Source: Verrucomicrobiota bacterium (GTDB lineage Bacteria; Verrucomicrobiota; Verrucomicrobiia; Opitutales; Coraliomargaritaceae). From it: a stretch of DNA of 64,000 nt. Each line of letters begins with the position of its first letter. Position 1 is the first letter of the stretch. Positions 23,345 to 35,362 of this stretch are shown piece by piece. The stretch is from contig JBCBZJ010000003.1 in the NCBI GenBank assembly GCA_039815375.1, positions 32,001-96,000 of the forward strand, written 5' to 3'. Below the pieces are notes generated by a model. It ran no database searches, was not told the DNA's origin, and was given only the letters and a program-made list of their open reading frames with translations. The position numbers and the translations under genes are program-made.

Positions 23345-25828
23345 ATGGGTAGACGAGGTTCAGATTCTCTTGGTCGTAGAACCAGGTCTAAAGATGGAAA
23401 GGCCTCATCGCATAAGCGGACAAAAAGTGTTGTCCCGACCTCCTCATTCAGTAAGCTAACGCCGTCCCGCGCTTCCATAAACCTAGAATTGGAAGACCGG
23501 AAGCGCGAGCCTTCTCAATGGCTCTTTTTTCTCCCAGGCTTAATTGGGGTGATGCTGCTATTCTTCTTCGAAGTTCAGCATTTTGCCAATGTTATGGCTT
23601 TCGGTCTCGCCATGTCGGGGATCTCGCTGGTCCTTTACCCGCCCACCCGCAGTCCCGGGATTTGGATAGATCGTGCTGTTGTTGCTCTTCTTGTCTGCTT
23701 TCTTTTTGCTTTCATACCTCAGTTTTATTGGTCGGATCCTGCGTGGCGGGTAGATGCGGTGGAGTCTTTCGGCATCGACCTGCCGTCACTGCTTTCGATT
23801 CAGCCGATGATAAGCTTGGAGACCTGGGTTTCTGCGGTGGCTGCTTTCGCTTGGCTCTATGCAGCCAACTCGTGGCCAATTAATCACAGTGGGCGTAGGT
23901 GGGTTTTCCTTATCAGCTCGCTGGTTTCCGGAGTCTTCGCGGTTTTTGTGATTTGGGAATATGTGATCTTTGATTCTGATACCTCAGGTGAAGTGCTGCA
24001 GGTATCCGGGTACTTTACGAACCCGAGCCGGAGTGTCGCTTTTTTAGCGATCAGCGGGGTGGTCGCATTCACTTATGCGATGAGTAATCTGCGGGCTCGT
24101 TTGTTCGCGCCTTTCGTTGGAATACTTGTATCTGCTGCCTGTTTGTTTGCGATGATTTGGGCCATCGATCACGTTGCGTTATTTGTATTTCTCGCGGGCA
24201 TCTTCACCTGGTTCTTCCTGCAGTTCCGATCCGTAGGTGTATCACGGGTTTTAAGGATTTGTTTTTTACTAGTGCTGCTCGCGTTTACTTTCTTTATCAG
24301 TGCGCATAGCGGTACGAAGGAACGTGTTGTGGATTTTATCACGATGTCTGGAGGTTGGGCCAAAGAGCCGCACATTCCGGTTTATGCCGATGCTATTGAT
24401 ATGATTCTGGATGCGCCGCTAACAGGAATTGGGCTAGGTAACTTTGACGCGGTTTTTCCTCAGTATCGCGAGCATTCTCTAAATCATCTGAAATTTGTTC
24501 ATCCGGATAGCGACTTGTTGCGGCTTACGGCTGAGGCCGGCCTTCTTGGCCTTCTATTGTTCGTGGGCTTTGTTGTCGCCTTTGGTTGGCATTGCCGTGG
24601 ATTCACCGTCGGGCGAAGTGGGGTCTACCGGCTTATTGCGATGGTTGCTGTGGTTGCCTTCCTGGCACAAACTTTAGTCGACACGCCTGCCCGTAGTCCT
24701 GGAACGCTTTATCTGACTATCGTTTTTGCAGCCTTGGCGCTCCCTCGAAAAAACCAGAAACGGACCTCGTTTAATCCAGTCATTTGGCGTTCGATTGGCG
24801 GCCTATTAATTGGTTTTGCAGGTTTTTGGGCACTGACTGGAACGAGTGATTTGCCCCTCTACTCGAGCACTGCAGCCAAACAACGCAGTGCAGAGGAGAA
24901 TCTTGCCTCTGCAGACTATGAAAAATGGCTTCATGCACAGGACCAGTGGATTGCTCGGAAGCCTCTTGATTGGCGTGCGTATTCTGAGCGGGGCAAGATT
25001 TTGCTGATCGATCCTGCTATGCAGGAAGAAGCGGATGAAGCGTTTCGCCAGGCGCGTTTTGTCGAGCCGACATTAGGGATAGTGCCCTATGAGGAAGGAT
25101 TCGCCTGGCTACCGCATGATCAAGTTCGTGCGCTGAATGCGTGGCGTGAGAGCTTTAATCGCGAGCTCGAAGATCCCGAAACAGCTTTTCGAGAAATAAT
25201 CGATGCTGTGAAGGAGGCAGAATTGATGGATGGACTTTCCAAGATGTCCGAAATGAATGCGGACCAGCGGACGATTTTTTTGCTTAGCCAAAAGCCTACC
25301 CGATTTCTTATCGAGTTGCAGAGAGAGTTGAAAGAGGATCCTGCCCTGGCAGGCTTTTCGCGTTTGCAGCGCGATCAAATCCTTGAAAAGTGGATCACTC
25401 AAGCTGACGAGTTGAGAGACGCGGAGGCCTTTATCATGAATCATGGTGAAGGATTACGGCGACCTTGGTGGCTCTTGTCTCTATTGAGGAAAGAAGAGAT
25501 CAGGTTTGAGGAGGCGGTTGATCTTATACGAGAGGTGATTGATGCACCGATGATTCCTCCAAGTAAGATTAAGCAAGTTCGGATGGAGCGCCTCACCCGT
25601 GAGTTTACCCTAACGCCGAGCGATATCATGAAGGGCACAGCACTCCTTCAGATTTACCTCAATAGTGGGGATTATTCATCTGTATTTGAAGTTGCCGATA
25701 TCATGATGCGCGCCAGTGAAGAAGTTCCGCCTTACGTGACTTATTGGAAAGCGGAGAGCCTCTATCGACTCAATGAATACATCGAGAGTTGGCATGCCTT
25801 CGAAACTTACCTCAAACAGACTTGGTAG
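23345..25828 (+). CDS. O-antigen ligase family protein with C-terminal TPR-like region
   Basis: Multiple TMs, [10 protein letters not shown]...HPDSD motif, helical soluble C-terminus. Confidence 0.85.
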
Positions 25829-25835
25829 AGAATAG

Positions 25836-25910
<75 letters not shown>

Positions 25911-26015
25911 GTCCAAAAAGAAGAGTGTGGAGAAAATATCCCACTTTCTTGAAGTCAAGCCTAGGCGCTGTGCTTTTTAAGGCGACATCTATTTTTCGGC
26001 TGCTTGTATATTGGT

Positions 26016-26609
26016 ATGTTTACGGGAATTGTAGAAGAAACGGGGATCGTGACGTCGTTCGAAGAGCGCGAGTCGGCTTGGCGCCTGGTGCTTGAAGCGC
26101 ATGAAGTCACGAAGGGTCTGGCACTTGGCGATAGTGTGGCGGTGAATGGCTGTTGCTTAACGGTCGTCGATTTCTCAGACAGCAGGCTGGAGTTTGACCT
26201 TCTGGCTGAGAGTGTGCGGCTCACATCAATCAACGGCATTGGCCCTGGAGGCAAAGTGAATTTGGAGCGTGCACTGCTGCCAAGCACACGTATGGGAGGG
26301 CATTTCGTGTCCGGTCATGTCGATGGCACCGGTGTGATTGAAGCGATTGAGCCTCGTGGCAAGGATTTCTTTTTTCGGATCAAGCCGCCTGCGGATGGCA
26401 TGAAATATCTCGTCCACAAAGGATGTATCACGGTGGATGGGATTTCTCTAACGGTGGCGGAAGTCGATCATGCCGGTTTTGCGATCTGGCTGATACCGCA
26501 CACCATGAAAGTTACGAATTTGCATGCGAAGCAGCCTGGTGATCTGGTTAACCTCGAGTTCGACCTGATTGCGAAATATGTAGAGAAGCTCTTTCAACCG
26601 GCCGATTAA
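26016..26609 (+). CDS. ribE: riboflavin synthase alpha chain
   Basis: MFTGIVEE start, [26 protein letters not shown]. Confidence 0.96.
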
Positions 26610-27130
26610 GCGGCCTTGAGCAAGTCCACCGCTTTCGCGATTTGCTTTCGGTGAAGCATGAGGTGGAAGCCGAACATACAATGCCACTGGTGGGCATTGA
26701 AGTTTCCGAATATCGGGTGAGGAAATATAGTTTGGCTGTCCAAGCTTTCCAGCGGCTCGACTACGGCAAAGTATTGTTTGACGGACTCTTCGAAGGCTTC
26801 GATTTGATCAGCACCCGCATCGGCGGATGGCATGACATCGGTCTTGGGATTGAAATTGGTAACAACCGGTTCCTCTTTTGCCAGTGTTTGAACAATCCTG
26901 GTGATCGAGTGATTGACGATAGTATTGTGCTCTAAGGTTTGGCAAACGGACCAATCGCGCATGTCTTCATCGATGCCGATCATTTTCGGGACGCGGATCT
27001 TTTCTTCGGCAAGGGGTGCATGCAGTTCTCGGGCGAGCTCAAGTGTAAGTGTAGTTTCCTTTCGAATGGTTGCATCTGCGGAGGTCCGTGAGCTGAGGCG
27101 GAACTTGTTTCGAATGATTAGGGCGAGCAT
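26606..27130 (-). CDS. DinB-family protein
   Basis: [15 protein letters not shown]-xx-LHRKQ pattern. Confidence 0.75.
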   Translation of the reverse strand: MLALIIRNKFRLSSRTSADATIRKETTLTLELARELHAPLAEEKIRVPKMIGIDEDMRDWSVCQTLEHNTIVNHSITRIVQTLAKEEPVVTNFNPKTDVMPSADAGADQIEAFEESVKQYFAVVEPLESLDSQTIFPHPIFGNFNAHQWHCMFGFHLMLHRKQIAKAVDLLKAA

Positions 27131-27144
27131 AGGAAGAGGTCGGA

Positions 27145-27792
27145 CTAAACAAGTTCTTCCTTACTGGTAATTTGCATCGACTTGAAGAGTAAGCCCGCGG
27201 CGATTGCAGCCAGAATTTGGACTACGGCGTATGGCATTAGGCTAGTCCACGAAAGGAAGCCATTGATACAAAGTGCGAGCGTTACAGCAGGATTGAATGC
27301 CGCGAACGAAATCGGGCCAACCGCATAGGCACCCGCACCGACTATCGATCCGATCGCAATGCCGTAGAAGGCATTGCCTCTGGTGCCTTGTGCAATCGCG
27401 ACGTTCAGGATGACCCACATCAGGGAGAAAGTGAAAAGGAATTCTGCGATGAGAACCCTTGACCATTCTGGTTCTTTGAGGGCGATTGTTTCCAAGCCGT
27501 CCGGGTAGAGGAAGGGCAAGGTCAAGGCGGCTGTGATCGCTCCTATGAAAATGACGATGAAGTAGGGAAGTATCGCCTTTGCCTCGTGCGTGCCGGCGCA
27601 GAAGTAAGTCACTGTTGTAGCAGGATTAAAATGCGCCTTCGAAATATGCCCGCAGGAATAGACTAGTGCAGCGAGGCCGATAGCAACTGCGATCGGCGTG
27701 AATTCACCGGCTCCGGGCGGAAAATTACAAGCGCCTATGATCACATAAAGAAAGTAGGTGCCAATGAACTCTGCGATCAGTTTGTTGCGCAT
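27145..27792 (-). CDS. MIP-family aquaporin/aquaglyceroporin
   Basis: AEFIGT and two NPA motifs (HFNPA, AFNPA). Confidence 0.92.
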   Translation of the reverse strand: MRNKLIAEFIGTYFLYVIIGACNFPPGAGEFTPIAVAIGLAALVYSCGHISKAHFNPATTVTYFCAGTHEAKAILPYFIVIFIGAITAALTLPFLYPDGLETIALKEPEWSRVLIAEFLFTFSLMWVILNVAIAQGTRGNAFYGIAIGSIVGAGAYAVGPISFAAFNPAVTLALCINGFLSWTSLMPYAVVQILAAIAAGLLFKSMQITSKEELV

Positions 27793-27804
27793 AAAATTTA
27801 AGAA

Positions 27805-28248
27805 CTATTTACTCGCCATATTGGCTTCGCGGTAGCCGCTGGCGTAGGCTTCGAAGACGAGTTTGATTTGATCTCGGATACGGCGGAATGCATCCATTTC
27901 GGTTTCGCCTTCACGGATCGCGTGTGGCGGATCCTCAAAACCCCAGTGGTAGCGATTCACCATTCCGGGGAAGCTGGGGCAAGCCTGGTCGGCGTTGCCG
28001 CAGACTGTGATGACTGTGGTGATGCCTGCGCCAAGATACGCATCCAGATGGTCGGAAGTATGGGCGCTGGCATCGTAGCCGATCTCCTTGAGTGCCTCGA
28101 TGGCGAGTGGATGCACTTCTCCCTTAGGTTGCGAGCCTGCGCTGTAGACTTCAAAGAGATCGCCAGCAGCGGCGCGAAGAATGCCTTCAGCCATATGGCT
28201 GCGGCAAGAGTTGCCGGTGCAGAGGATGAGAACCTTTGGTTTTTCCAT
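27805..28248 (-). CDS. arsC: arsenate reductase, LMW-PTPase (thioredoxin) type
   Basis: CTGNSCRS P-loop, TVC...CP, HWGFEDP. Confidence 0.93.
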   Translation of the reverse strand: MEKPKVLILCTGNSCRSHMAEGILRAAAGDLFEVYSAGSQPKGEVHPLAIEALKEIGYDASAHTSDHLDAYLGAGITTVITVCGNADQACPSFPGMVNRYHWGFEDPPHAIREGETEMDAFRRIRDQIKLVFEAYASGYREANMASK

Positions 28249-28285
28249 AGTTTTGAGATACTTTTTTTAAATGTTCAAAGTTGGT

Positions 28286-29236
28286 TTATAAAAATCGCGC
28301 AAGTGCGTTGAGGAGGTAGCCGGTGAAGATGATGGCCAGAGTGGTAATGCCGAAATAGATTGCTATGAGCTGAAGGCGCATCGTCCGGCGCAGCATGATC
28401 GCTTCAGGCAAACTCAGTGCGGCCATGGCCATCATAAAAGCCAGAGCGGTTCCAAGCGGGATACCTTTTTGAAAAAGAACAACTGCAACTGGAACGATCG
28501 CTGCACAGCTACCATACATGGGCACACCCAGAGTGGTCGCAATCGGGACAGAGAAGATGCCTGTTGCCGCCATCAGTCCATGGATTGTTTCCTGCGGGAT
28601 GTAGTTATGGATAAAGGCACCGATGCCTACGCCGACAATGACCCAGAGCCAGATCTGCCGGATGACAGTGACGGATTCCTGAACACCTGCATTTAAGCGT
28701 GTTATCAGAGTATGGGATGCGGGCCCTTCGTCGGCAGCTGCATCGCTCATGTCTTTCTCAAGGAATTTGCCTAAATTCATTTTACCAAGAAAAGCACCTG
28801 AGAGTGTCCCGATCAGAAGACCGCTTCCGACATACGCGATGGTTACGGGAGCACCGAATTCACCGATCATTAGGATTACCAGATACTCGTTGATGATCGG
28901 CGAAGTGATAAGGAAGGAAAAGGTCACTCCCAGAGGCACGCCAGCTTTCAACAAACTGATAAAGATGGGAATCGACGAGCAGGAGCAGAAGGGTGTGATC
29001 GCGCCAAAGAGTGCAGCGATGAAATTGCCCACCATACCCCCCTTGCTCATCCACGATTTCAAGCGGTGCTGCGGCAGCCAGGTGCGAAGAAAACCGACCA
29101 GAAAGATCATCACTGCAAGCAGCAGGAAGATTTTTACACTGTCGTAGACAAAGAAATGCAGTGCAGCCCCGAGTTTTGTATCGGGGTCGAGTCCGCATAA
29201 TTGATAAATCAAAAGGTCTGCAAAGCTTAGCAGCAT
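28286..29236 (-). CDS. arsP: ArsP-family permease (DUF318)
   Basis: [21 protein letters not shown] motifs. Confidence 0.88.
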   Translation of the reverse strand: MLLSFADLLIYQLCGLDPDTKLGAALHFFVYDSVKIFLLLAVMIFLVGFLRTWLPQHRLKSWMSKGGMVGNFIAALFGAITPFCSCSSIPIFISLLKAGVPLGVTFSFLITSPIINEYLVILMIGEFGAPVTIAYVGSGLLIGTLSGAFLGKMNLGKFLEKDMSDAAADEGPASHTLITRLNAGVQESVTVIRQIWLWVIVGVGIGAFIHNYIPQETIHGLMAATGIFSVPIATTLGVPMYGSCAAIVPVAVVLFQKGIPLGTALAFMMAMAALSLPEAIMLRRTMRLQLIAIYFGITTLAIIFTGYLLNALARFL

Positions 29237-29400
29237 TTTCCGCCCTTACCGTCGCTTTCGCCGCAACAGTTGTTTTGGGCCTTTGCATCGGCTTGCTCCT
29301 TCATGGATTGATCCAGCTTGGTAAAGATACGCTGGAAAAAACCGGGCTTCTCGGTGCTGCCTTCAGCAGCCTTTGGTTCAGATGTCTTTTCTTCGTTCAT
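29227..29400 (-). CDS. small Cys-Cys protein (57 aa), putative metal(loid)-binding
   Basis: Between arsR and arsP, overlapping the arsP start; ends [15 protein letters not shown]. Confidence 0.7.
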   Translation of the reverse strand: MNEEKTSEPKAAEGSTEKPGFFQRIFTKLDQSMKEQADAKAQNNCCGESDGKGGKCC

Positions 29401-29414
29401 AATGGTTTGAAGGT

Positions 29415-29798
29415 TTAACAACAGCCGATCGTCTCACAGACTGGTTCCGGACAATCAAAGGGGTTGTTGGTGAGCTGCTTGACTAACTTCTCGCGAGCTT
29501 TGAGATCAGACCTCAAATCGTCGCACTCATCGCAGTTGGCTTCTCTCAGGTAGTGAAGGTTTGCTTTCAGCAGGCCGTCGATAGGCTCTTTCAAGTTGTA
29601 AATCATCCAGGTCCCTTCGCGGGTCGATGCGATGAGCCCGGCTTGTTTCATCGTGGCCAGCTGCTTGGACATCTTTACCTGGGTGGCGTTAAGAATTTCC
29701 TGTAGGTGGCAGACACACAGCGGACCGGCATCCAGCAGATTAAGTATGCGGAGTCGCTGCGAGTCGGCAATGCACTTGAGTATTTCTGATGCTGTCAC
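29415..29798 (-). CDS. arsR: ArsR/SmtB metalloregulator
   Basis: [22 protein letters not shown]; Cys-rich tail; GTG start assumed. Confidence 0.9.
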   Translation of the reverse strand: MTASEILKCIADSQRLRILNLLDAGPLCVCHLQEILNATQVKMSKQLATMKQAGLIASTREGTWMIYNLKEPIDGLLKANLHYLREANCDECDDLRSDLKAREKLVKQLTNNPFDCPEPVCETIGCC

Positions 29799-29804
29799 GG
29801 TGCC

Positions 29805-29835
29805 AATATATTCCAAATTGAGTATATACTGTCAA
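29805..29835 (-). promoter_or_regulatory. ars promoter/operator
   Basis: Minus-strand TTGACA (29830-35) and TATATT (29805-10) overlap the imperfect palindrome ATATATTC-N6-GAGTATAT (29806-27). Confidence 0.5.
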
Positions 29836-29933
29836 TGGTATGTATTCAGTCTGCCGGTTTTTATTCTGGCGCGATATTGAACGGCTGTGCTTATCTTCTG
29901 TCTGTTTCTGAAAATGCTACTTCCAAAGAGCCG

Positions 29934-30665
29934 ATGAGTTTGAGTTTCCTTTTTGAATCCCTTTTATTCCAAGCCAGTTCTGGCCCTAATGTCTTCACTT
30001 ACTTTGCGCAGTCGAATTTTGCAGGGAAGGTGGTCATCCTCATCCTCGGCATTTGTAGCATTATCGCATGGACGGTAATGCTTGGCAAATACCTCGACCT
30101 TTCGAAGCTGCGCTCGCAGAACCAGCGCTACGAACGTTTGCTCAGTAAGGAGTCACACCTGCTTGCACTGGACTCGGAGCGCCCTGGCAAAGGGAGCGGA
30201 CCATACTACAATATTGTTCGTGAAGCGATTGAGGCTTTTTTTCGTTACGGTGGTGATGTTGCCTCGCCGGATACGCATCGTGCGACTCTTCGCATGGGGC
30301 ATGTGGAAAATGCGCTCCAGAGGGGTGTCGCTGAGCAGATTATTCGCTATGAGGCGAAGATGGTCTTGCTCGGTTCTATTGTCACGGGCGCACCCTTTCT
30401 TGGTCTACTTGGGACGGTCTGGGGTGTGATGGATGCTTTCGGCGGTATGGCGGGAGCTGGTTCGGCGAGTTTGCAGAGCCTTGCGCCGGGTGTTTCAGGC
30501 GCTTTGCTGACTACCGTGGCGGGTCTCGTCGTTGCGATTCCCTCGGTATTCGGTTACAACTATTTGCTGCAGCAGACCAAGATCGCGGTTGTCGAGTTGG
30601 AGAACTTTGCCAGCACCGTCGCTGATCGTATTGAGCTCGAATCACAAGCGGCTTCGAACCAGTAG
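29934..30665 (+). CDS. MotA/TolQ/ExbB proton channel protein
   Basis: APFLGLLGTVWGVM, APGVSGALLTT, GLVVAIP. Confidence 0.93.
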   Translation: MSLSFLFESLLFQASSGPNVFTYFAQSNFAGKVVILILGICSIIAWTVMLGKYLDLSKLRSQNQRYERLLSKESHLLALDSERPGKGSGPYYNIVREAIEAFFRYGGDVASPDTHRATLRMGHVENALQRGVAEQIIRYEAKMVLLGSIVTGAPFLGLLGTVWGVMDAFGGMAGAGSASLQSLAPGVSGALLTTVAGLVVAIPSVFGYNYLLQQTKIAVVELENFASTVADRIELESQAASNQ

Positions 30666-30668
30666 CGC

Positions 30669-31082
30669 ATGGCACGAAACTTCCATCGCAAGGACCGGCT
30701 TTCCGCACTGACGGAGATCAACGTTACTCCGTTGATCGACTTAGCCTTTGCGCTCTTGATTATCTTCATGATCACGACGCCGCTATTGGAACAGACCATC
30801 GAAGTGAATCTTCCGGTCGAGGCGTCCAGGCCTCAGCCCGAAGATCGCGATGACTTCCAAGCAGTTTCGATAGACCAGGCAGGCCTTTACTACTGGGGAG
30901 AGGAGCAAGTTTCCAAGCAGCAACTAGGTGACCTCCTCGATACTATGGCGATGAATCCCGCGCCGCCTGTGCTTAGCATCCGTGCCGATGCAAGCCTGAC
31001 GTATCAGAGGGTGATTACAGTTATCGATATGATTAAACAACGTAAGCTTTCCAGGATCAGCTTGGATACAAAGGTCGACTGA
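30669..31082 (+). CDS. ExbD/TolR protein
   Basis: EINVTPLIDLAFALLIIFMIT, IRAD. Confidence 0.93.
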   Translation: MARNFHRKDRLSALTEINVTPLIDLAFALLIIFMITTPLLEQTIEVNLPVEASRPQPEDRDDFQAVSIDQAGLYYWGEEQVSKQQLGDLLDTMAMNPAPPVLSIRADASLTYQRVITVIDMIKQRKLSRISLDTKVD

Positions 31083-31828
31083 TGAAGCTACCCAAAGACC
31101 AGCCCTTTTGGACTTCGGTTATCCTCCACGTTGTGGTGCTTCTGGGCCTTTTCCTCGCGACGGTCGTTCAAGCGTTTAAACCAAAAGAGAAGCCGCATGT
31201 CTTCGTGGTGGTGACTTCGCCGACAGAGCAGGTAACTGATTCGAGCGTGCAGCCAGCTCCTCCGCTGCCTGATATAGCTCTGCCCGACTTGCCGCCCGTT
31301 CCCGATCTGGTGGAACCGGTTGAGCAGACACCTACCCCCATACCTCAGCCGCCTGCGCCTGCTCCTGCGCCTCGAATGATGACGGAACGTGAATTTCAGG
31401 AACAGTTCGGAACCCCTGAGCCGAGGCAGCAAAGACGCGCGACACCAACTCGATCCAATATCAGCGCTCCTCGAATTGATGTGCCGGAGCTGTTTATACC
31501 TTCCAGCCCCTCACCCAGCAATCCGCAGCCGCAACAACTAACACCCCAGCAGATGTCCGCCCTCGGCACTTACAGCGCCCAGTTGCGCTCCCGGATAGAT
31601 CTAGCCTGGGCCAAGCCAGCGAACCTTGCAGGGGTGAAGATTCTGGCGACGGTCATGTTTGACGTATCAGCGTCCGGGCGCATCACCAATGCGCGTCTTC
31701 GGCCAAATTCGGGGAATACTTCCTTTGACCAATCCGTTCTCGCCGCGTTTCGAAAAGTGGTCTCCGCGGGCCCGACACCGACTGGGCAGGCTCACACTTT
31801 TACCATGACCTTCCGAATGCAGGACTGA
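31082..31828 (+). CDS. TonB/TolA-like energy transducer
   Basis: SVILH TM anchor, Pro-rich linker, C-terminal SGN..FDQSV domain. Confidence 0.85.
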   Translation: MKLPKDQPFWTSVILHVVVLLGLFLATVVQAFKPKEKPHVFVVVTSPTEQVTDSSVQPAPPLPDIALPDLPPVPDLVEPVEQTPTPIPQPPAPAPAPRMMTEREFQEQFGTPEPRQQRRATPTRSNISAPRIDVPELFIPSSPSPSNPQPQQLTPQQMSALGTYSAQLRSRIDLAWAKPANLAGVKILATVMFDVSASGRITNARLRPNSGNTSFDQSVLAAFRKVVSAGPTPTGQAHTFTMTFRMQD

Positions 31829-32202
31829 TCCAACAGCATCAAATTGATCATAGAACAAGCTGAGGCTAATTCGAACAATGCTAACGGACTTCTAAAGCGT
31901 CCTCCTGAATAACGTAAGTTTCTTTTTTACAATGCACATTTCTTAAACGTGCCGACAGAAATGGGGTTCGCACATTCCTGAGTTGACCAAGGCATATGGC
32001 TGCCTGCCTAGCCAGCGGTCACCTATGTTTACCCTTACTGAGCCTTCAGTTGGCTAGCACCTTACTCATCCTATCGTGTAACCCGAAATGGACTCGACGT
32101 TCTCTCCAGAAATACTCATCTTAGGGAGTAGTGTGCAATTTTGGCACAAATTAGCCTCGGGTCCTTCTATTTTACGCTTAATATCGAAAAATAGCATTGA
32201 TC

Positions 32203-32218
32203 TGGCATATGAATGGCT
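32203..32218 (+). promoter_or_regulatory. putative sigma54 (-24/-12) promoter of the porin gene
   Basis: TGGCATATGAATGGCT = GG-N10-GC, about 50 nt before the ATG at 32270. Confidence 0.55.
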
Positions 32219-32269
32219 TATTCAGTCAACCCGCCGAATAGGCATAAACAAACAAATAACTACAAACTA

Positions 32270-33190
32270 ATGAAAAACAAGACTACATATATCCTCGCTG
32301 GTGCTGTCTTCGCGGCATCTACAGCAAGTGCCGAGATTCCTCTTACAGATGATCTTAGCGCATATGGTTACATCGACGTTGTTGGTATTGCCGGTGACGA
32401 CGAGTTTACCTCGATCGACAACGCTCTTGTAGCGGAATTCGAACTCGGATTCTCCTTCACCCCGGTTGATAGCCAATGGTCCGCCGTTGCTGAGCTTTCC
32501 TTTAACGGAACAGACAACAACTTCGGTGCAGATAACTTTGATTTCGAAACTGTAACAATTACTTATGCTTACAGTGACGAGCTCTCCTTCACTGTTGGTA
32601 ACATCCTCAGCTACCAGGGCTTCGAAACTTTCGATGCGACCGGTCTTTACCAGTTCAGCTACCTTGGTGTCTTTGGTAATCCCGTTTACACTGCAGGTTA
32701 CTGGGTTGGCGCTTCTATTGACTACGTAACTGATGCTTATGCAGCTGGTGTCTGGGTTGGTGATAACAACGCCGAAGATGCAAGCTGGGAAATCTTCCTC
32801 CAGTATACTGGCATAGAAGGTCTTACCGCATCGTTCATCTATGCAGATGATCCAGATTACGAAACCATCAACCCATGGATCAGCTACGAGATCGACGCAT
32901 TTACTTTCGCAGTTGAGTATGTCGACAATGAATTCTCGAATGGTGTGGAGCAAGATTTCCTCATGCTTCTTGCATACTACTCCTTCGGTGATGCAGGTAT
33001 TACAGTCCGCTTCACCGATGGTGACAACGGTGGCGTCAGTGGTGTTGATGACTTCAAGCGCTACACGATCTCTCCAAGCTATTCATTCTCTGACAATGTA
33101 CTTGGTCTCCTTGAATATTCCGTCGACGATATCGATGGATCTTTGGGTACGGTCGACCAATACGCAGCAGAACTCATCTTCACCTTCTAA
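32270..33190 (+). CDS. outer-membrane beta-barrel porin (BBP2/DUF1597-like)
   Basis: Signal peptide, amphipathic beta strands, SYQGFETFD, C-terminal Phe. Confidence 0.8.
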   Translation: MKNKTTYILAGAVFAASTASAEIPLTDDLSAYGYIDVVGIAGDDEFTSIDNALVAEFELGFSFTPVDSQWSAVAELSFNGTDNNFGADNFDFETVTITYAYSDELSFTVGNILSYQGFETFDATGLYQFSYLGVFGNPVYTAGYWVGASIDYVTDAYAAGVWVGDNNAEDASWEIFLQYTGIEGLTASFIYADDPDYETINPWISYEIDAFTFAVEYVDNEFSNGVEQDFLMLLAYYSFGDAGITVRFTDGDNGGVSGVDDFKRYTISPSYSFSDNVLGLLEYSVDDIDGSLGTVDQYAAELIFTF

Positions 33191-33221
33191 GTTAAAAACT
33201 TAGTATTGCATTTCAATCTCT

Positions 33222-33250
33222 GGGAGCCCTTATAAGGGGCTCCCTTTTTT
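33222..33250 (+). terminator. Rho-independent terminator
   Basis: GGGAGCCCT...GGGGCTCCC followed by a T-run. Confidence 0.85.
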
Positions 33251-33263
33251 ATATAGAAGCACG

Positions 33264-33779
33264 ATGAAACGACTCTTACTGATCCTACCGCTTAGCATGA
33301 TCGCCTCATTGTCCTCTTTAGCACAAGAGGTCACTCGAGAGGAGTTCAATACTTTACTACAACGGATTGATGCGCTCGAAAGAGGATTGAGCAGCGCACG
33401 TAATCTTCAGATGGAATCTCTCGCGACGGAGGCCATTAGCCAGATGCCGGAGAGTCAGGTTGCAGGCGAGAGCCGCGAATCGCTTATTGAAGAAGTGGTC
33501 ACCCGCATCCAGAAGCGTGAGGAAAGCGTCAACTATCCCTGGATGGAGCTGACGCAATGGGACGGCGTCCGCAAGCGCATGTCCTCCGAACAGGTGATTG
33601 AAATTCTGGGCCCTCCGACCCTTGACGAGCCTTCGCTTCACAAACGCAAGGACCGAGTCTTTACCTGGCAAGGGCGCCGCGTGGCTACAGGTGAGAGAGT
33701 CGAGGCGATTATTCGTTTCTATAAGAACAAAGTCATCGAAATCGAGCCGCCCGGGGACAAGAAACCATTTGTTTTCTAA
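33264..33779 (+). CDS. hypothetical periplasmic protein (coiled coil plus SmpA/BamE-like C-terminus)
   Basis: Signal peptide; MSSEQVIEILGPP motif. Confidence 0.7.
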   Translation: MKRLLLILPLSMIASLSSLAQEVTREEFNTLLQRIDALERGLSSARNLQMESLATEAISQMPESQVAGESRESLIEEVVTRIQKREESVNYPWMELTQWDGVRKRMSSEQVIEILGPPTLDEPSLHKRKDRVFTWQGRRVATGERVEAIIRFYKNKVIEIEPPGDKKPFVF

Positions 33780-33802
33780 TTCTCGCCGATTATCTTTTGT
33801 CG

Positions 33803-33829
33803 AAGCCCTCAGGAAACTGAGGGCTTTTT
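33803..33829 (+). terminator. Rho-independent terminator
   Basis: AAGCCCTCAG-GAAA-CTGAGGGCTT followed by TTT. Confidence 0.8.
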
Positions 33830-33845
33830 CGTGTAATTGGCGGCC

Positions 33846-33862
33846 TTGGCATGAAAGCTGCC
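33846..33862 (+). promoter_or_regulatory. putative sigma54 promoter of the urt-ure operon
   Basis: TTGGCATGAAAGCTGCC = GG-N10-GC, about 60 nt upstream of urtA. Confidence 0.65.
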
Positions 33863-33923
33863 TCATACTCCGTTGGGTAATATCCCCAATAACAACAACA
33901 ATCATAAAAAACTAGCTATCTAA

Positions 33924-35183
<1,260 letters not shown>

Positions 35184-35237
35184 GTCTGGAAACCTCTGGT
35201 TTTCAGGATAATTTAAACAATATCGTTTTGTTGAAGC

Positions 35238-35277
35238 GTGCTCGTAGGGAGTTTCTTCCCTGCGAGCACCATTTTTT
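35238..35277 (+). terminator. stem-loop after urtA (attenuating terminator or mRNA stabiliser)
   Basis: GTGCTCGTAGGGA...TCCCTGCGAGCAC followed by a T-run. Confidence 0.7.
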
Positions 35278-35362
35278 AGGCGATTGATTTCAGCCTTATT
35301 ACCGATTGGAGTTGGATCCCTCCTATCGGGTGGTCTGATGCAATCAGTGATCTATCACAGTT

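Noticed and set aside
35238..35277. GTAG-containing hairpin after urtA as a REP
   Set aside because: It lacks the REP scaffold and TCC loop; it fits an ordinary post-binding-protein stem-loop
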